A stretch of 64,000 bases of DNA from Azolla caroliniana (Eukaryota; Plantae; Polypodiophyta). The stretch spans positions 10,850,001 to 10,914,000 of the forward strand of contig JBHGNT010000020.1 in the NCBI GenBank assembly GCA_043228905.1. The letters are read 5' to 3'. Under the pieces are notes generated by a model. The model was given only the letters and a program-made list of their open reading frames with translations, had not been told where the DNA came from and did no database searches. How positions within the stretch are numbered: position 1 is the first letter of the stretch; each line of letters begins with the position of its first letter. The position numbers and the translations under genes were made by a program. Positions 23,550-35,825 of this stretch are shown piece by piece.

Positions 23550-24750
23550 CCTCCTGCTCCTACTCAGGGTTGTGGCGACAGAGGACTTAGAGCTCGAGTA
23601 GATGGACATCAAGACAACATTCCTTAATGGAGATTTGGAAGAGGACATCTACATGTCCCAAATGGTAGGCTTTATGGCAACGGGGAAGGAAGGTCACCTC
23701 GTGTGTCGGCTAAAGAAGAGCCTTTACGGCTTGAAGCAAGCGCCAAGAATGTGGTATTAGAAATTTGATACCTACATTCAGTAGCTTAGCTACAACTGGT
23801 TGGACTCCAACCCATGTAATATGTATATTCGGAAATTGGCCGATGAGTCCCAAATCTACATGATTCTATACATCAATGACATGCTTATCACCGGCAATGA
23901 TAAAGCAGAGATCAGAAAGTTGACGCATAGCCTTCATGAATTTTTTTTGATGAAGGAACTCGGAGAAGCCCGACACATTTTGGGCATGAGGATAGAGCGA
24001 AATCGGACAAAGAAGATCCTCCGGCTCTCCCAATCCGATTGCATTTGGAAGGTGTTGAAGCGTTTCAACATGGAGCATGCAAAATTGGCAACAACAACGC
24101 TTCCAACGTTGCATCGACTATCGAACAGAAACTTTCCATCCAAAGAGGAGGAGAAATACTCATGAGCCGAATACCCTACGCATTACCGTAGGAAGTCTCA
24201 TGTATGTGATGGTGGCGACCTGACCAAACCTTGCTTACGCCATAGAAGTCACCAACCGCTACATGTCAACTCCAGGACGGAAGCATTGGGAAGCTATGAA
24301 GAATATATTTCGGTACCTGTGCGGCACCGAAGATTTGTAGCTAACTTTCGTATCGGTCAAGCCGACCAAAGTCGAAGGATATACGGATTCTGATTATGCC
24401 AACAACCCCGACAATCAAAAGTCCACGTCAGAATATGTCTTCACCTATGGAGGTGACACCATATCATGGAGGTCGAAGCTACAAGAGTGCATGACACTCT
24501 CGATGACAGAGGTCAAGTATATATCAGCATTGGAAACAACCAAGGAAGCCATCCGACTGCACCGACTGTCGGCCGAATTTTCGGCTAAGTGGTGAAACGA
24601 CCATCCGGCACTAACCTTGCATTGCGACTACTCTTAGAGCACAATACACCTCATCCGGAATCCAATATATCATGCCAAGATAAAGCATATTGAGGTGACA
24701 TACCACCATATCTAGGAGTTCATCACGGACAAAAACTCGACGTTCATAAA
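23550..24750 (+). pseudogene. Degenerate Copia RT-RNaseH fragment
   Basis: VVATEDLELE*MDIKTTFL, LKKSLYGLKQAPR, LYINDML and GYTDSDY, with stops. Confidence 0.8.
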
Positions 24751-24888
24751 CTAGATATAATGAGGTCAATGGGCCGATGCATCTCACTAGAAGGATGATA
24801 GGGAGAAAGGGTAATCTACAATGTGCCAAGGCAAAAGGATCAACATTTTGAGAAATTGTGCCTTAGCTTTATTGACACAAGAATTACT

Positions 24889-25033
24889 TGTCATATGTAA
24901 TATATGAATTTAATGTGAGTACTTCTACATTTAAAGGATTTTTATCATTCCAGAAATCTCCCGAAAATTCTATAAATTTCCATAACATGTACGCATATTT
25001 TTGGAATATTCCTTGTCTACATGTAGTTATCAA

Positions 25034-25066
<33 letters not shown>

Positions 25067-25411
25067 CACACATATGGTTGTTCATCTTGATCCCAATCAT
25101 GGTGAACAATACGCGTTATAGTCGTAAGCACAATTCATTATTTCCTTGTAAATATATTGTCTCCATTTTGATATGATCTATCAATGACAGATTCTTCGCC
25201 TTCCACCTTCCTAAGCCTACATACAATTATTAGGAACATGTCATACAATTATCAAGGACATGTATACATATGGTTGTTCATCTTTATCCCAATCAAGGTG
25301 AACAACACTAGTTACAGAATCGTAAGTGCAATTCATTCTTTCTCTCTAAACATATGTTTCCTTTCTTCTTTGATCTAACTATCATTGATAGGTTGTTCAC
25401 CTTCCTAAGCC
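24889..25411 (+). mobile_element. Old plus-strand chromovirus 5' LTR and PBS (R-U5-PBS duplicated, contains (CA)n); its gag resumes at 39636-40680
   Basis: 25261-25405 aligns with the element-strand R-U5-PBS of the LTR at 39305 (aatcaaggtgaacaacac...ttgttcaccttcc). A second copy lies at ~25072-25220. Confidence 0.6.
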
Positions 25412-28400
25412 TCATGAGGTCTTGGGTTTAATCCCTACCTTCCTCCGTGGCATATGTCTATGACATTATCCTTCCTCTAAGGTCGCCTCCTAGCATTCGC
25501 GGCCGGTTTATGAGGGTATCGTTGATGAAAAACGCGAATTGCTTCTGGTGCATTTTGTAAATGTGTAATTGGTTCCCATGTGGCATCCGAAAGAGGGTAA
25601 CCTTTCCTTAAGACCAAGTATTGAAGTCTTCGGCGACGCAAGCGGGAGTCGAGGATCCGGTCAACCTCATACTCCTCACTTGTCGATAATTCCACGGGCG
25701 GCGGCGAAGGAGGTTGTCGTCCCGGAATGTGAGAAGGATGGTAGGGTTCAAGGAGAGAGATGTGGAAAACATTGTGAAGCCGAAATGTGGGGGGAAGCAC
25801 TAACTGGAAGGCGACTAGGTTAACGCGCGCGAGGATACGGAAGGGGCCTAGCTTTCTGTAGTCGAGCTTCACGTAGGGACGAGTGGTTGCGATGTGGCGA
25901 CATAGCAACCAAACCATGTCACCAACTGCAAAGGTCGGTGCGACCAAGCGATGTCGGTCAACGTGAGCTTTATATTGTTTGCCAACGGCATGGAGCTCGA
26001 GGGAGAGGTCACGCCTCTCGGCAGACGGAAGTCTCCGGAATGGAAATGCTGAAATGAGGGTGGAAACTATAGTTTGCAAAGAATGGGGAAACCTTAGTTG
26101 AGGCATGGATATTATTATTGTAGGCAAATTCTGCCATGGCAAGGAAGTCCACCCAATCATCTTGTTGGAACCTGATTGTACACCGAAGGTATTGTTCGAG
26201 GATTTGGTTGACTCTTTCGGTTTGGCCATCAGTTTGAGGGTGGTGTGCAGTTGACAAGTTCACAGAAGTTCCGAATGTCTGTAGAAGTCGGCACCAGAAG
26301 TGAGAGATAAATTGAGGACCTCGATTAGAATGACATCCTCAAGGAAGTCGTGTAATTGGACGACATTTTTCAGAAAAAGTTCAGCCGTCTCCTCCCCCGA
26401 AATGGCTTTCACACATGGGACAAAGTGAGCCATCTTCAAAAACCGATTGATGACCACTAGCACTGTGTCATGGTCACTGACCCGAGGAAGGTCGGTGATA
26501 AAGTCCATGGAGAGAGATGCGCAAGGTCGACTGGGAATTGGAAGTGGTTGTAGAAGGCCGTATGGACGATGGTGAGCAGCTTTGGAGCGAGCATAGACGT
26601 CACAAGTTTTGATAAATTCTTTGACCAATTTCCAAGGTTGGGGCCACCAAAACCCCCGAGACAGCAATGCCAGCTTTTTCGTGACCCCAAAGTGTCTAAC
26701 AAGAGGATCATCGTGGCAATTTTGTAGTACTCGGATGCGACATTTGCCAACTGGTATATAGAGGGGGTGATTACGATAGAGTGGCCCATCTTGAGTTGTA
26801 AAGTGACTCAGATCCGAGCTTTGCATTTCCTAGGATGGGTTGTCGAGGCACGCCATGATGTTAGTAGCGAAATGGTCTGATATGGTTGCTTGGGCGATTT
26901 CGTTGAGCAAGGAATCATCATGCAACATATAGATTGTGAACATGTGGAGTTGATCGTGCCGCAATAAACAATGCAATTGTTGAGAATATGCGTCGTCACA
27001 TGGGCGTAGTGCAAAGTCAAGTCGCCGAGACAGAGCATCCGCTTTCCCATGTTGAACGCCGGGTCGAAATAAGATTTCGAAGTCGTAGTCGGCGAGAAAA
27101 GATGACCAGCGAGCCTGCCGCCGATTCAACGTACGAGTGATGGTGAAGTATATGAGATTCTTGTGGTCGTTCAGCACCTGAATACGATGTTGGGCCCCAA
27201 CCAGATAGGGTTGCCATTCGGTGAAGGCCGAGATGATAGCTGCAAGCTCCTTGTCGTAGACCGGATAATTGATTTCCGGGGTTGTAAACTTCCGAGAGTA
27301 GAAGGCGACCGGATGCACGGTGCCATCATCACTAGGCTGAGACAAGACGGCACCTATGGCAAAGTCGGAGGCGTCGGTTTCAACCTGGAAAGGGCGGGTG
27401 GGGTCGGGGTGGACTAACACGGGGGCGGAGAGAAAAGTTGCTTTGAGGGCATTAAAAGCATTGTGTGTCGCAGGGGTCCAAAGAAATGGAGTATCTTTCC
27501 GGGTAAGCTAGATGAGAGGTTGGACTAGGTAAGAGAACACGTTTATAAATCGTCTATAAAAATTTGCAAAACCAAGAAATGATTGTAACTCTTTCAGCCG
27601 AGTCGGGAGAGGCCAATCAGTGATTGCCGCAACCTTGTGTTCATCCATTTTGATCCTGGTAGGGGAGATCATGTAACCCAGGAATTCAACAAAGGTCCTA
27701 TCGAATTCGCATTTCCCACTTTTGGCGAAGAGCCCATATTCCCGGAGTTTGGTGCTGGTGTGTGTTCTCCTCCCAGTTGGAAGAAAAAAACTAAGATGTC
27801 GTCAAGGTAGATGACCACGAAATGATCGTGATACTCTCGAAAAATATCGTTCATCATGTGTTGGAAGACGGCCAGAGCGTTGGTAAGGCCGAATGGCATC
27901 ACTTTGTACTCGAAATGTCCATAGCGCATTCGAAAGGTCGTTTTCCACTCGTCTCGAAGCTTGATGCGCACCAAATTGTAGGCGCCCCGAAGGTCGATTT
28001 TGGAGAAGATATGCCCAATTTGGTGTCAGGAATAGTACTGAGACAGAGAAGAAATTAGTACTAAGAGGAATAGAGGGTGTAGAACACTCGAGAGAGAGAG
28101 TGTGAGATCGAGGGAGAGAAAATTATGACAACGATATATTATGTGAGAAGAATATACAAGGAAGGCTAGGAGGCTTAAGACTGGCGTTGAACCAATTTGG
28201 TTCGAAATAATGCCTTGTGCCTCCTTTTATAGTGTTCTTAGGAGTAGTCCTGAAGCTTCTAAAATGTTCTAGAGAAATTTGGAATATACATTAATTTTCT
28301 ATAGTAAAGCTTAAATAAAAATAATATATTATGTATTACAATAGATAGTGTAATGGTCAAGAGCTCGACCCATGTAACATAAGGTCATGGGTTCAAGTCT

Positions 28401-31400
28401 TGCTTTATCATGACACTATCCCCCCTTTAAAACGATGAGTGTCACGAGTCGTTTTGGATTGAGGACCTGGTTTATCTGGATATTGACAATGGAAGTTTTC
28501 AAGAAGAGCACGAGCATTGGTCACATTCTCTATTGGTTCCCAAGTACGCTCGCTGGGACTATATCCTAGCCAATCGACTAAATAGTAGAGGTTGTTGCGA
28601 ATAATCTTAGAATCGAGGATGGCGGTAACCTCGTACTTAGGTCCATCTTCAAGTTCGATCGGGGGTGGAGGTTGTGGAATACGTCCTGGGATGGTGTTGT
28701 CTTGATAGGGTTCGAGAAGAGAACTATGAAACACCAGATGTATGCGAAGTTGCGAGGGTAGATCGAGATGAAAAGCGATATCATTAATCTTTCTGATAAT
28801 ACGGAAAGGAACTAATCGCCGATAATCAACCTTCTCGCATGGGCAAGTAGTCTTGATGTGTCGTCGTAGTAGCCATACCCGATCTCCAATGTTAAAATTG
28901 TATGGAAGCTGATGACGATCCGCGTAAACCTTGTGTGTTTGTTGAGCTTGTTGTAGATGAGTAGATAAATCTGCTTGTATCTTGTGTAACCACTCCAAAC
29001 GATCCTCTGCGCAAGGATTTGTGGGTAACTCTAGGGTTTCTAAAATAGACCACCGGGGGTGACAACCCATATAAGCATAGAATGGCGTAACTTTAGTCGA
29101 TGAGTGGACAGAGTTATTATAGGCAAATTCGGCGAAGTGGAGAATATCCGCCCAGTCATCGTGATGATAACTTAGCAAGCACCGAAGATACTGCTCCAAC
29201 GTTTGATTTGTTCGTTCTGCTTGGTCGTCGGTTTGCGGTTAGTAGCCGAAGGAGAGGTTAATGGTGACCTTGAGCATATTAAAAAGGTGCTTCCAGAATT
29301 TCAAGACGAACTGGGGTCCACGGTCGCTGATGATATTATCAGGAAGGCCATGATGCCAAAATACTTCACGCATGACAATTTCGGCGGTTTCTTCACTGGA
29401 GATTTCCTTAGTAAATGGGAGGAAATGAGCCATCTTCGTATATCAATCTACTATTGTTAAAATCACATTGAATCCTTTAGAGACTGGAAGATCTGTGATG
29501 AAATCTAGAGCAATGGATTGCGACGGCTTGCTTGGAATTGGTAATGGTTCTAATAAACCATATGGATGATGCCTTGGCATTTTTGTTCTACAACATGTAT
29601 CACAAGTCTGAACAAAATCTTCGACAAATTGTCGCATACGGGGCCACCAGAATGATCGTTGTACTAAAAATAATGTCTTAGTACTACCAAAGTGCCAACT
29701 GTATATGTGTCATGATAGTTTTGGACTACTCGAAGGTGACAAGAACCATTAGGAACATACAAGAGTTTCTTAAAGAATAGTAATCCATCATGACATTCGA
29801 ATTGTCGATAGTCCGTACCTAGTTGTTGCGACTGTGAACAAGATGCTCGAGAGGGATCAATTTGTGCTAGAATGACTTGGGCGAAAGCATCTGACTTCAA
29901 GTCCTCACGTATGGTATCAATAACGTGGGAATCCAAGGGCATGCCGAAGACCTGTGTTGCTTGTAGTCATGCTGGTCCCAAGATTACTTGCTTTTGGTTA
30001 TCGAGAGTTGGCACGCCGGGATGTGGTGCTAGATACGAATGCCCTAACAAAGCATCTGTCTTCCCTTGGTGCTTCCCCGGATAATATTTAATTTTGAAGT
30101 CGAAACGCGTGAGGAATTGGGTCCATCGAGCTTGACGTCGATTTAACACACGATTACTCTGAAAGTAGGCAAGGTTTTTGTGATCACTGAATATGGTGAC
30201 TTGATGAGAGGATCCCTCTAGAAAATGCCTCCATTGCGTAAAAGAGTCCACTATTGCTAATAGCTCCTTATCATGAATTTCATAGTTGATTTCGGCGGTG
30301 TCAAACTTGCGTGAGTGGAAAACCACAGGATGTAGGTTTTCATCATTATCTTGTTATGACAGAATGCTGCCCAATGCGAAATCTGACGCGTCAGCTTCCA
30401 TGATGAATGGTTTTTCCGGATCAACGTGAGCTAGAATAGGAGCCGATGTAAATGCCTTCTTAAGATTCTCAAAATCCATGTTTGCTTCTTCAGACCAAAC
30501 GAACGATTGTCCCTTCTTAGTAAGTTGTGTGAGAGGCAGAACAAGCTTTGAGTAATCCTGTATAAACTTGCGGTAGAAATTGGCAAAGCCTAAAAAGCAT
30601 TGCACATCTCGCACCCGAAACTACATTTTTCCAGCTTTGCATTTCTTGAAGTCGTTTTAGTACTAACAGTACATGAGAATCATGCTCTTCTTGGGCCTTC
30701 GAATAAACCAGTAGATCATCCAAATAGATGATCAAACAAACATCCAAGAGATCTCAAAATATATCATTTGCCATGTGTTGGAAGACTGTTGGCGCATTAA
30801 TGAGGCCGAACGGCATGACCGTATACTCGAAGTGCCCATATCTGGTGCGAAACACGGTCTTCCATTCATCTCCTGGTCGGATCCGTACGAGCTTATATGC
30901 TCCCCGTAAGTCTATCTTTGTGAAGAACCTTGCACCATTGATCCGTTCTAAAAGACTTGAGATAAGGGGAAGTGCATACCTATGTCTGATGGTGACCTTA
31001 TTCAAGCCACAGTAATCTACAACGAGACGAAGTGATCCATCCTTTTTCTTGATGAAGAAAATGGGTGCGCTGGCTGGAGATTTCGAATGCCAAATGAAAC
31101 CATTTTCCAAATTCTCCTCTATATAGGCTCTGTTACACACAGTGCTCGGCCACAACCAAGGAATAGGATCAACTCACAGAAAACAGGAAATACAAAATGC
31201 ACGAAGACAATAGAGAGAAGAGTACACAGGATGTTTTACGTGGAAAACCCTAAATGGGAAAAACCACGGGAGTCCTCAGACTCCAACCATCACTATAAAC
31301 AGAGATGTACAATGGTGAAGCTACAAGGCAACAACCTTGAGCTCACTGTCTTCGCCACAGGCGGCGGTAATACACAGAGGCAACGACCTCTTCGTCTCTC

Positions 31401-31603
31401 TCTCTCTCTCTCTCTCGGCTGCTCACTTAGCTCCCTCTAAGTGGAAAACCAGAAAAATGAGTAACAGCAACGAAACTGTTTGCCCTAAGTCATATTTATA
31501 CACATATGACTTTCGGGCTATTTACAAATATAGCCTCGAGGGCCCTTGGCAAACATATTCACAAATATGTCCCCGCATCCGGATCTCTTTCCGGGTACAT
31601 TCG

Positions 31604-31687
31604 TCATCCGGCTCCGTAGCCGGGGTCTTCATCATCCGGCTCCGTAGCCGGGGTCTTCATCATCCGGCTCCGTAGCCGGGGTCTTCA
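31604..31687. repeat. 3 x 28-bp U3 tandem repeat in the Copia LTR (also present in the other LTR)
   Basis: tcatccggctccgtagccggggtcttca at 31604, 31632 and 31660. Confidence 0.9.
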
Positions 31688-31751
31688 TTCCCGATTCCCG
31701 GACATCTGACCATCCCATCCGGAGGGACCGTAATCCCAACAAACTCCCCCT

Positions 31752-34700
31752 TCACTTCGGCATGGGATGTCTTTCCAGTCCGACCCTCTTCCGGCACGCT
31801 TCCATCTTGTCGGGTGTGAGCGCTTTGGTCAGCATATCTGACCCGTTCTCGTCCGTGTGGATCTTCGTCAGCACGAACTCCTGGTCTTCTATCCTTTCCC
31901 GGATCCAGTGATATCTTCGCTGGATGTGCTTCGTCCGGGAGTGATAGGCCGCGTTCTTCGCAAGGTGGATGGCACTCTGACTGTCGCAGTAGAGTCGGTA
32001 CTCCTCCTGCCGGATACCGAGCTCTCTAATGAAGTCCTTCATCCATATTATTTCCTTGCCGGCTTCAACAGCCGCCATGTACTCCGCCTCCGTGGTTGAC
32101 AACACAACCGTCTTCTGCAGCCTCGACTGCCACGAAACAGCTCCCCCTGCATACGTCATCACATACCCTGATGTGGACCGGCTGGTATCTGCATCAGCCG
32201 ACATATCCGAATCGGTAAAGCCGTCGAGTTCGGGCTTACCGGAGCCGAATCGGAGGCACACGTTTGCCGTGCCCTTCAGGTATCGGAGTATCCACTTGAC
32301 CGCGTTCCAGTGCTCTTTGCCGGGATTGCTCATGTACCGGCTCACCACTCCGACTGCATATCCTATGTCCGGTCTTGTACACACCATTGCGTACATCAAG
32401 CTTCCGACGGCAGAGGCATATGGTACTTTCATCATGTCCTCCTTCTCAGCCTTTGTCCTGGGGCTTTGCTTGCTGGACAACTTGCAGTTTGCCGGGAGGG
32501 TTGACCCGACCGGTCTTGCTTCCGACATGTTGAACCGGTGAAGCACCTTTGTCACGTACTTCTCCTGTGACAGCCACAACTGCTTCTTCTTCCGGTCCCG
32601 GATGATGTGCATCCCTAGTATTTGCCTCGCCGGACCCAGGTCCTTCATTGAGAAGGTTCGGTGAAGCGCTTTCTTCATCATCCGTATCTTGACCTGGTCT
32701 CGTCCGACGATCAACATGTCGTCCACGTACAGGAGGAGTATTAGAAAGTCTCCTCCTTCGAACCTCTTCACAAACACGCAGTGATCAGACTGCGTTTTGT
32801 GGTACCCTTCGTCGGTCATGAAAGAGTCGAACTTCCGGTACCATTGCCGGGGAGCCTGCTTCAGTCCGTAAAGGCTCTTCTTCAACCGGCATACCAGGTG
32901 CTCCTTCCCTTTCTTCTCGAATCCTTCCGGTTGCTGCATGTAGATCTCTTCTTCGAGGTCACCGTGAAGGAATGTCGTCTTCACGTCCATCTGTTCTACC
33001 TCGAGGTCCATGCTTGCCGCTATGCTCAGCACCGTCCGGATGGAGGTCATCTTCACTACCGGGGCAAATATCTCGTCGAAGTCGACGCCCTTCTTCTGCT
33101 GGAACCCCTTCACCACGATCTTGGCTTTGTATCTCGGGGGGTTTCCGGCATCTCCCGGTTTCAGCTTGAACACCCACTTGTTTCGAAGTGCCCGCTTTCC
33201 TTTCGGCAACTCCACAAGTTCATATGTGTGGTTCTCATGCAGGGAATCCATCTCCTCCTGCATGGCACTTAACCATCTGCGGCTATGGGTGTCAAGCTTT
33301 GCTTCTTCAAAATTCTCCGGCTCCCCCTCGTCGGTTAGCAGCACGTGCTCTGGTTCCGGAAATCTCCGGGGGGGCCTTCTCTCTCTTAGGGGATATCTCC
33401 GTTCCGGAGCTTCGGTAACCGGCTCCTCCGTTTCCTCTTCATCCGAATCCATTTCGGGATCGGGGCCGGTTCCGGTATCAGTTTCATCTTCCTCGGCCGG
33501 TTCTGTTTCTTCACCGTCTTCGGCCGGATCCTCGAGTGCTAACCGGTCCCTTGCCGGTCGGGACTGCTCTTCGTAGAGTTGATCCTCACCGGTCGACTTG
33601 GAGCTCTTCATCTTCTTCTCCGACTCCCAGTCGGCGAGTGTCTTGTCCTCCATGAAGATGATATCACGACTCCGGAATATCTTCTTGTCGACCGGGTCCC
33701 ATACTCGGTAGCCGAACTCGTCATCGCCGTAACCGAGGAATATGCATGGCCGGGTCTTTGGATCTAGCTTTCCTCTCCGGTCCTTTGCCACATGCACATA
33801 TACGAGACACCCGAACACCTTCAGATGCCGGTAGGATGCTTCCCTACCGGTCCACACTTTCTGCGGCGTGTCTCCGTCCAAAGGTACTGAGGGTGATCTG
33901 TTTATCACGTATGTCGCCGTCGACATTGCCTCAGCCCAAAACCCCTTGGGTAGTTTCGCATGCGCCAGCATACTCCGGACCCTCTCCATTATGGTCCGGT
34001 TCATCCTCTCGGCCAGCCCGTTCAGTTCCGGCGTCTTCGGCACAGTAAACTCGAGCCGGATTCCCTTCGAGCGACAGTACTCCGCGAACTGCCCCCGGTA
34101 TTCCCCTCCGTTATCCGCTCGTATCGCTTTCAGCTTCTTGCCGGATTCCCTTTCCACTCTCGCGTGGAGTTCTTTGAAGACGCACAACACTTGGTTCTTT
34201 GTCTTCAACGGTGCCGTCCACAGCTTCCGGCTATGGTCATCTATGAATGTTATGAAGTACTGGGCTCCGCCATGTGACTTCGTTTCTACCTGACACACAT
34301 CAGTGTGTACCAACTCCAATGGTACACTACGTCTCATTGGTGGTCTTGAGCGGAAGGAGGTCCGGTTTTGCTTACCGGCCAGACAGTCGGTACACTTCCC
34401 CAGGTGTACGTGCTTTACCGGTATCAGGTTGTCTTCGGCAAGCCTCTTCATCCCCTTCTCGCTCATGTGGCACAGTCTCTTGTGCCACAGCTCACCGGTA
34501 GTGTCAGCTGCCACGTTCAGCTCCTCCGGACATAGCCGGGAATTCATCAGGTACAGTGTGTTGACCTTCCGGGCCCGAGCCACTATCAGGCTCCCTTTGC
34601 TGAACTTCATGACACCGTTCCGGATGCTACCCGTGTAGCCTTCATCGTCTAGCCTCCCGGCCGAAATCAGGTTCAATCAAACCTCCGGAACGTGTCGAAC

Positions 34701-35825
34701 ATCCTTCAGCAGCATCTTGCATCCGGTTGATGTCATCAGCCACACGTCTCCTATGCCGGCAATCCGGCATGTACCTTCATTTCCCATCCGGACACAGCCG
34801 TGCTCACCGGCTGTGTAGGATGAGAAGTATTTCTTCTCCGGGGTCAGGTGGAACGACGCTCCGGAATCGACCACCCAGGTCATCTCTTCACCGGCAAGGT
34901 TCAGCTCCCTCTCTTCGGTAATGAGCATTATCTCTTCTTCACTTGCCGCGAGTGCCGTCGTTCCTTTCCGGTCCTGCCCTCGCCGATCCGGACCTCTCCG
35001 GTCCGTGGCTCCCCGGTATGCACCGTTTCGCTCCGGTGACTTCTTCGAATCGGTACCGTCGGTTCCGTTGTCTTTCCGGAAATGCCGACAGTTCTTCTGG
35101 AAGTGCCCCGGCTTCCCACAGTAGAAGCATGTAGGTCTTCCCCTCGACTGCGACCGTGTCCCCGACTTCTCCCGTCTTTGCGGACTCCGGTTCCGTTGTC
35201 TTCCCCGTTCCGATTCGGTAAGCAGCGCCTTCGAGTCGGAGGCCGGTTCTTTATCTCTCCGACGCGCTTCTTCATTTAGAATACTTGTCTTTACCGTTAG
35301 TAAAGACAAGTTCTCTTCCTTACAGGAGGTGCTGAGAGTAACTACCAAGTTCTCCCAGCTCTCCGGAAGGGTACACATCAGCATGATGGCTTGCATTGCG
35401 TCATCCAACGGGAACTTGATCGCCGCAAGCTGGTTCACGAATCCCATGAACGTGCTGACGTGTTCGACCATGCTCTCGCCGTCCCGGTACTTAAGATTCA
35501 CTATCTTCCTCATCAGGGAGGTCCGGGTCAGAGCATTCTTCCTCTCATACAGTCCGGACAGCTTCTGCCACATCTCATAGGCGTTCGTATCGTTCGCCAC
35601 ATGTTGCAGAACACTTACATCGACATATTGCCGGATCGTCGCTACAGCTTTCCGGTTCAGGAGCTTCCACTCCGACTCTATTACCCCCTTGGGTGTCTCG
35701 GCATTGTCGATCGGTTCGTACAGGTCTTGGACGATGAGAAGGTCTTCCATCTTTATCTTCCAGTCGGCGTAGTTCTGTGAGTTCAACACCATCATGCCCG
35801 GAGGCCCACTACCGCCGCCTTCCAT
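31752..35825 (-). CDS. Copia gag-PR-INT-RT-RNaseH polyprotein with one in-frame TGA at 34677-34679
   Basis: CFYCGKPGH, WVVDSGAS, LWHKRLCH, FIDDHSR, MDVKTTFL, LYVDD, STTEAEY and CDSQSAIHL. The two ORFs are in the same frame, separated only by TGA. Confidence 0.9.

Noticed and set aside
28341-28410. Functional tRNA gene
   Set aside because: A/B-box-like motifs are present but acceptor and anticodon stems do not pair; reported as a tRNA-like module instead.
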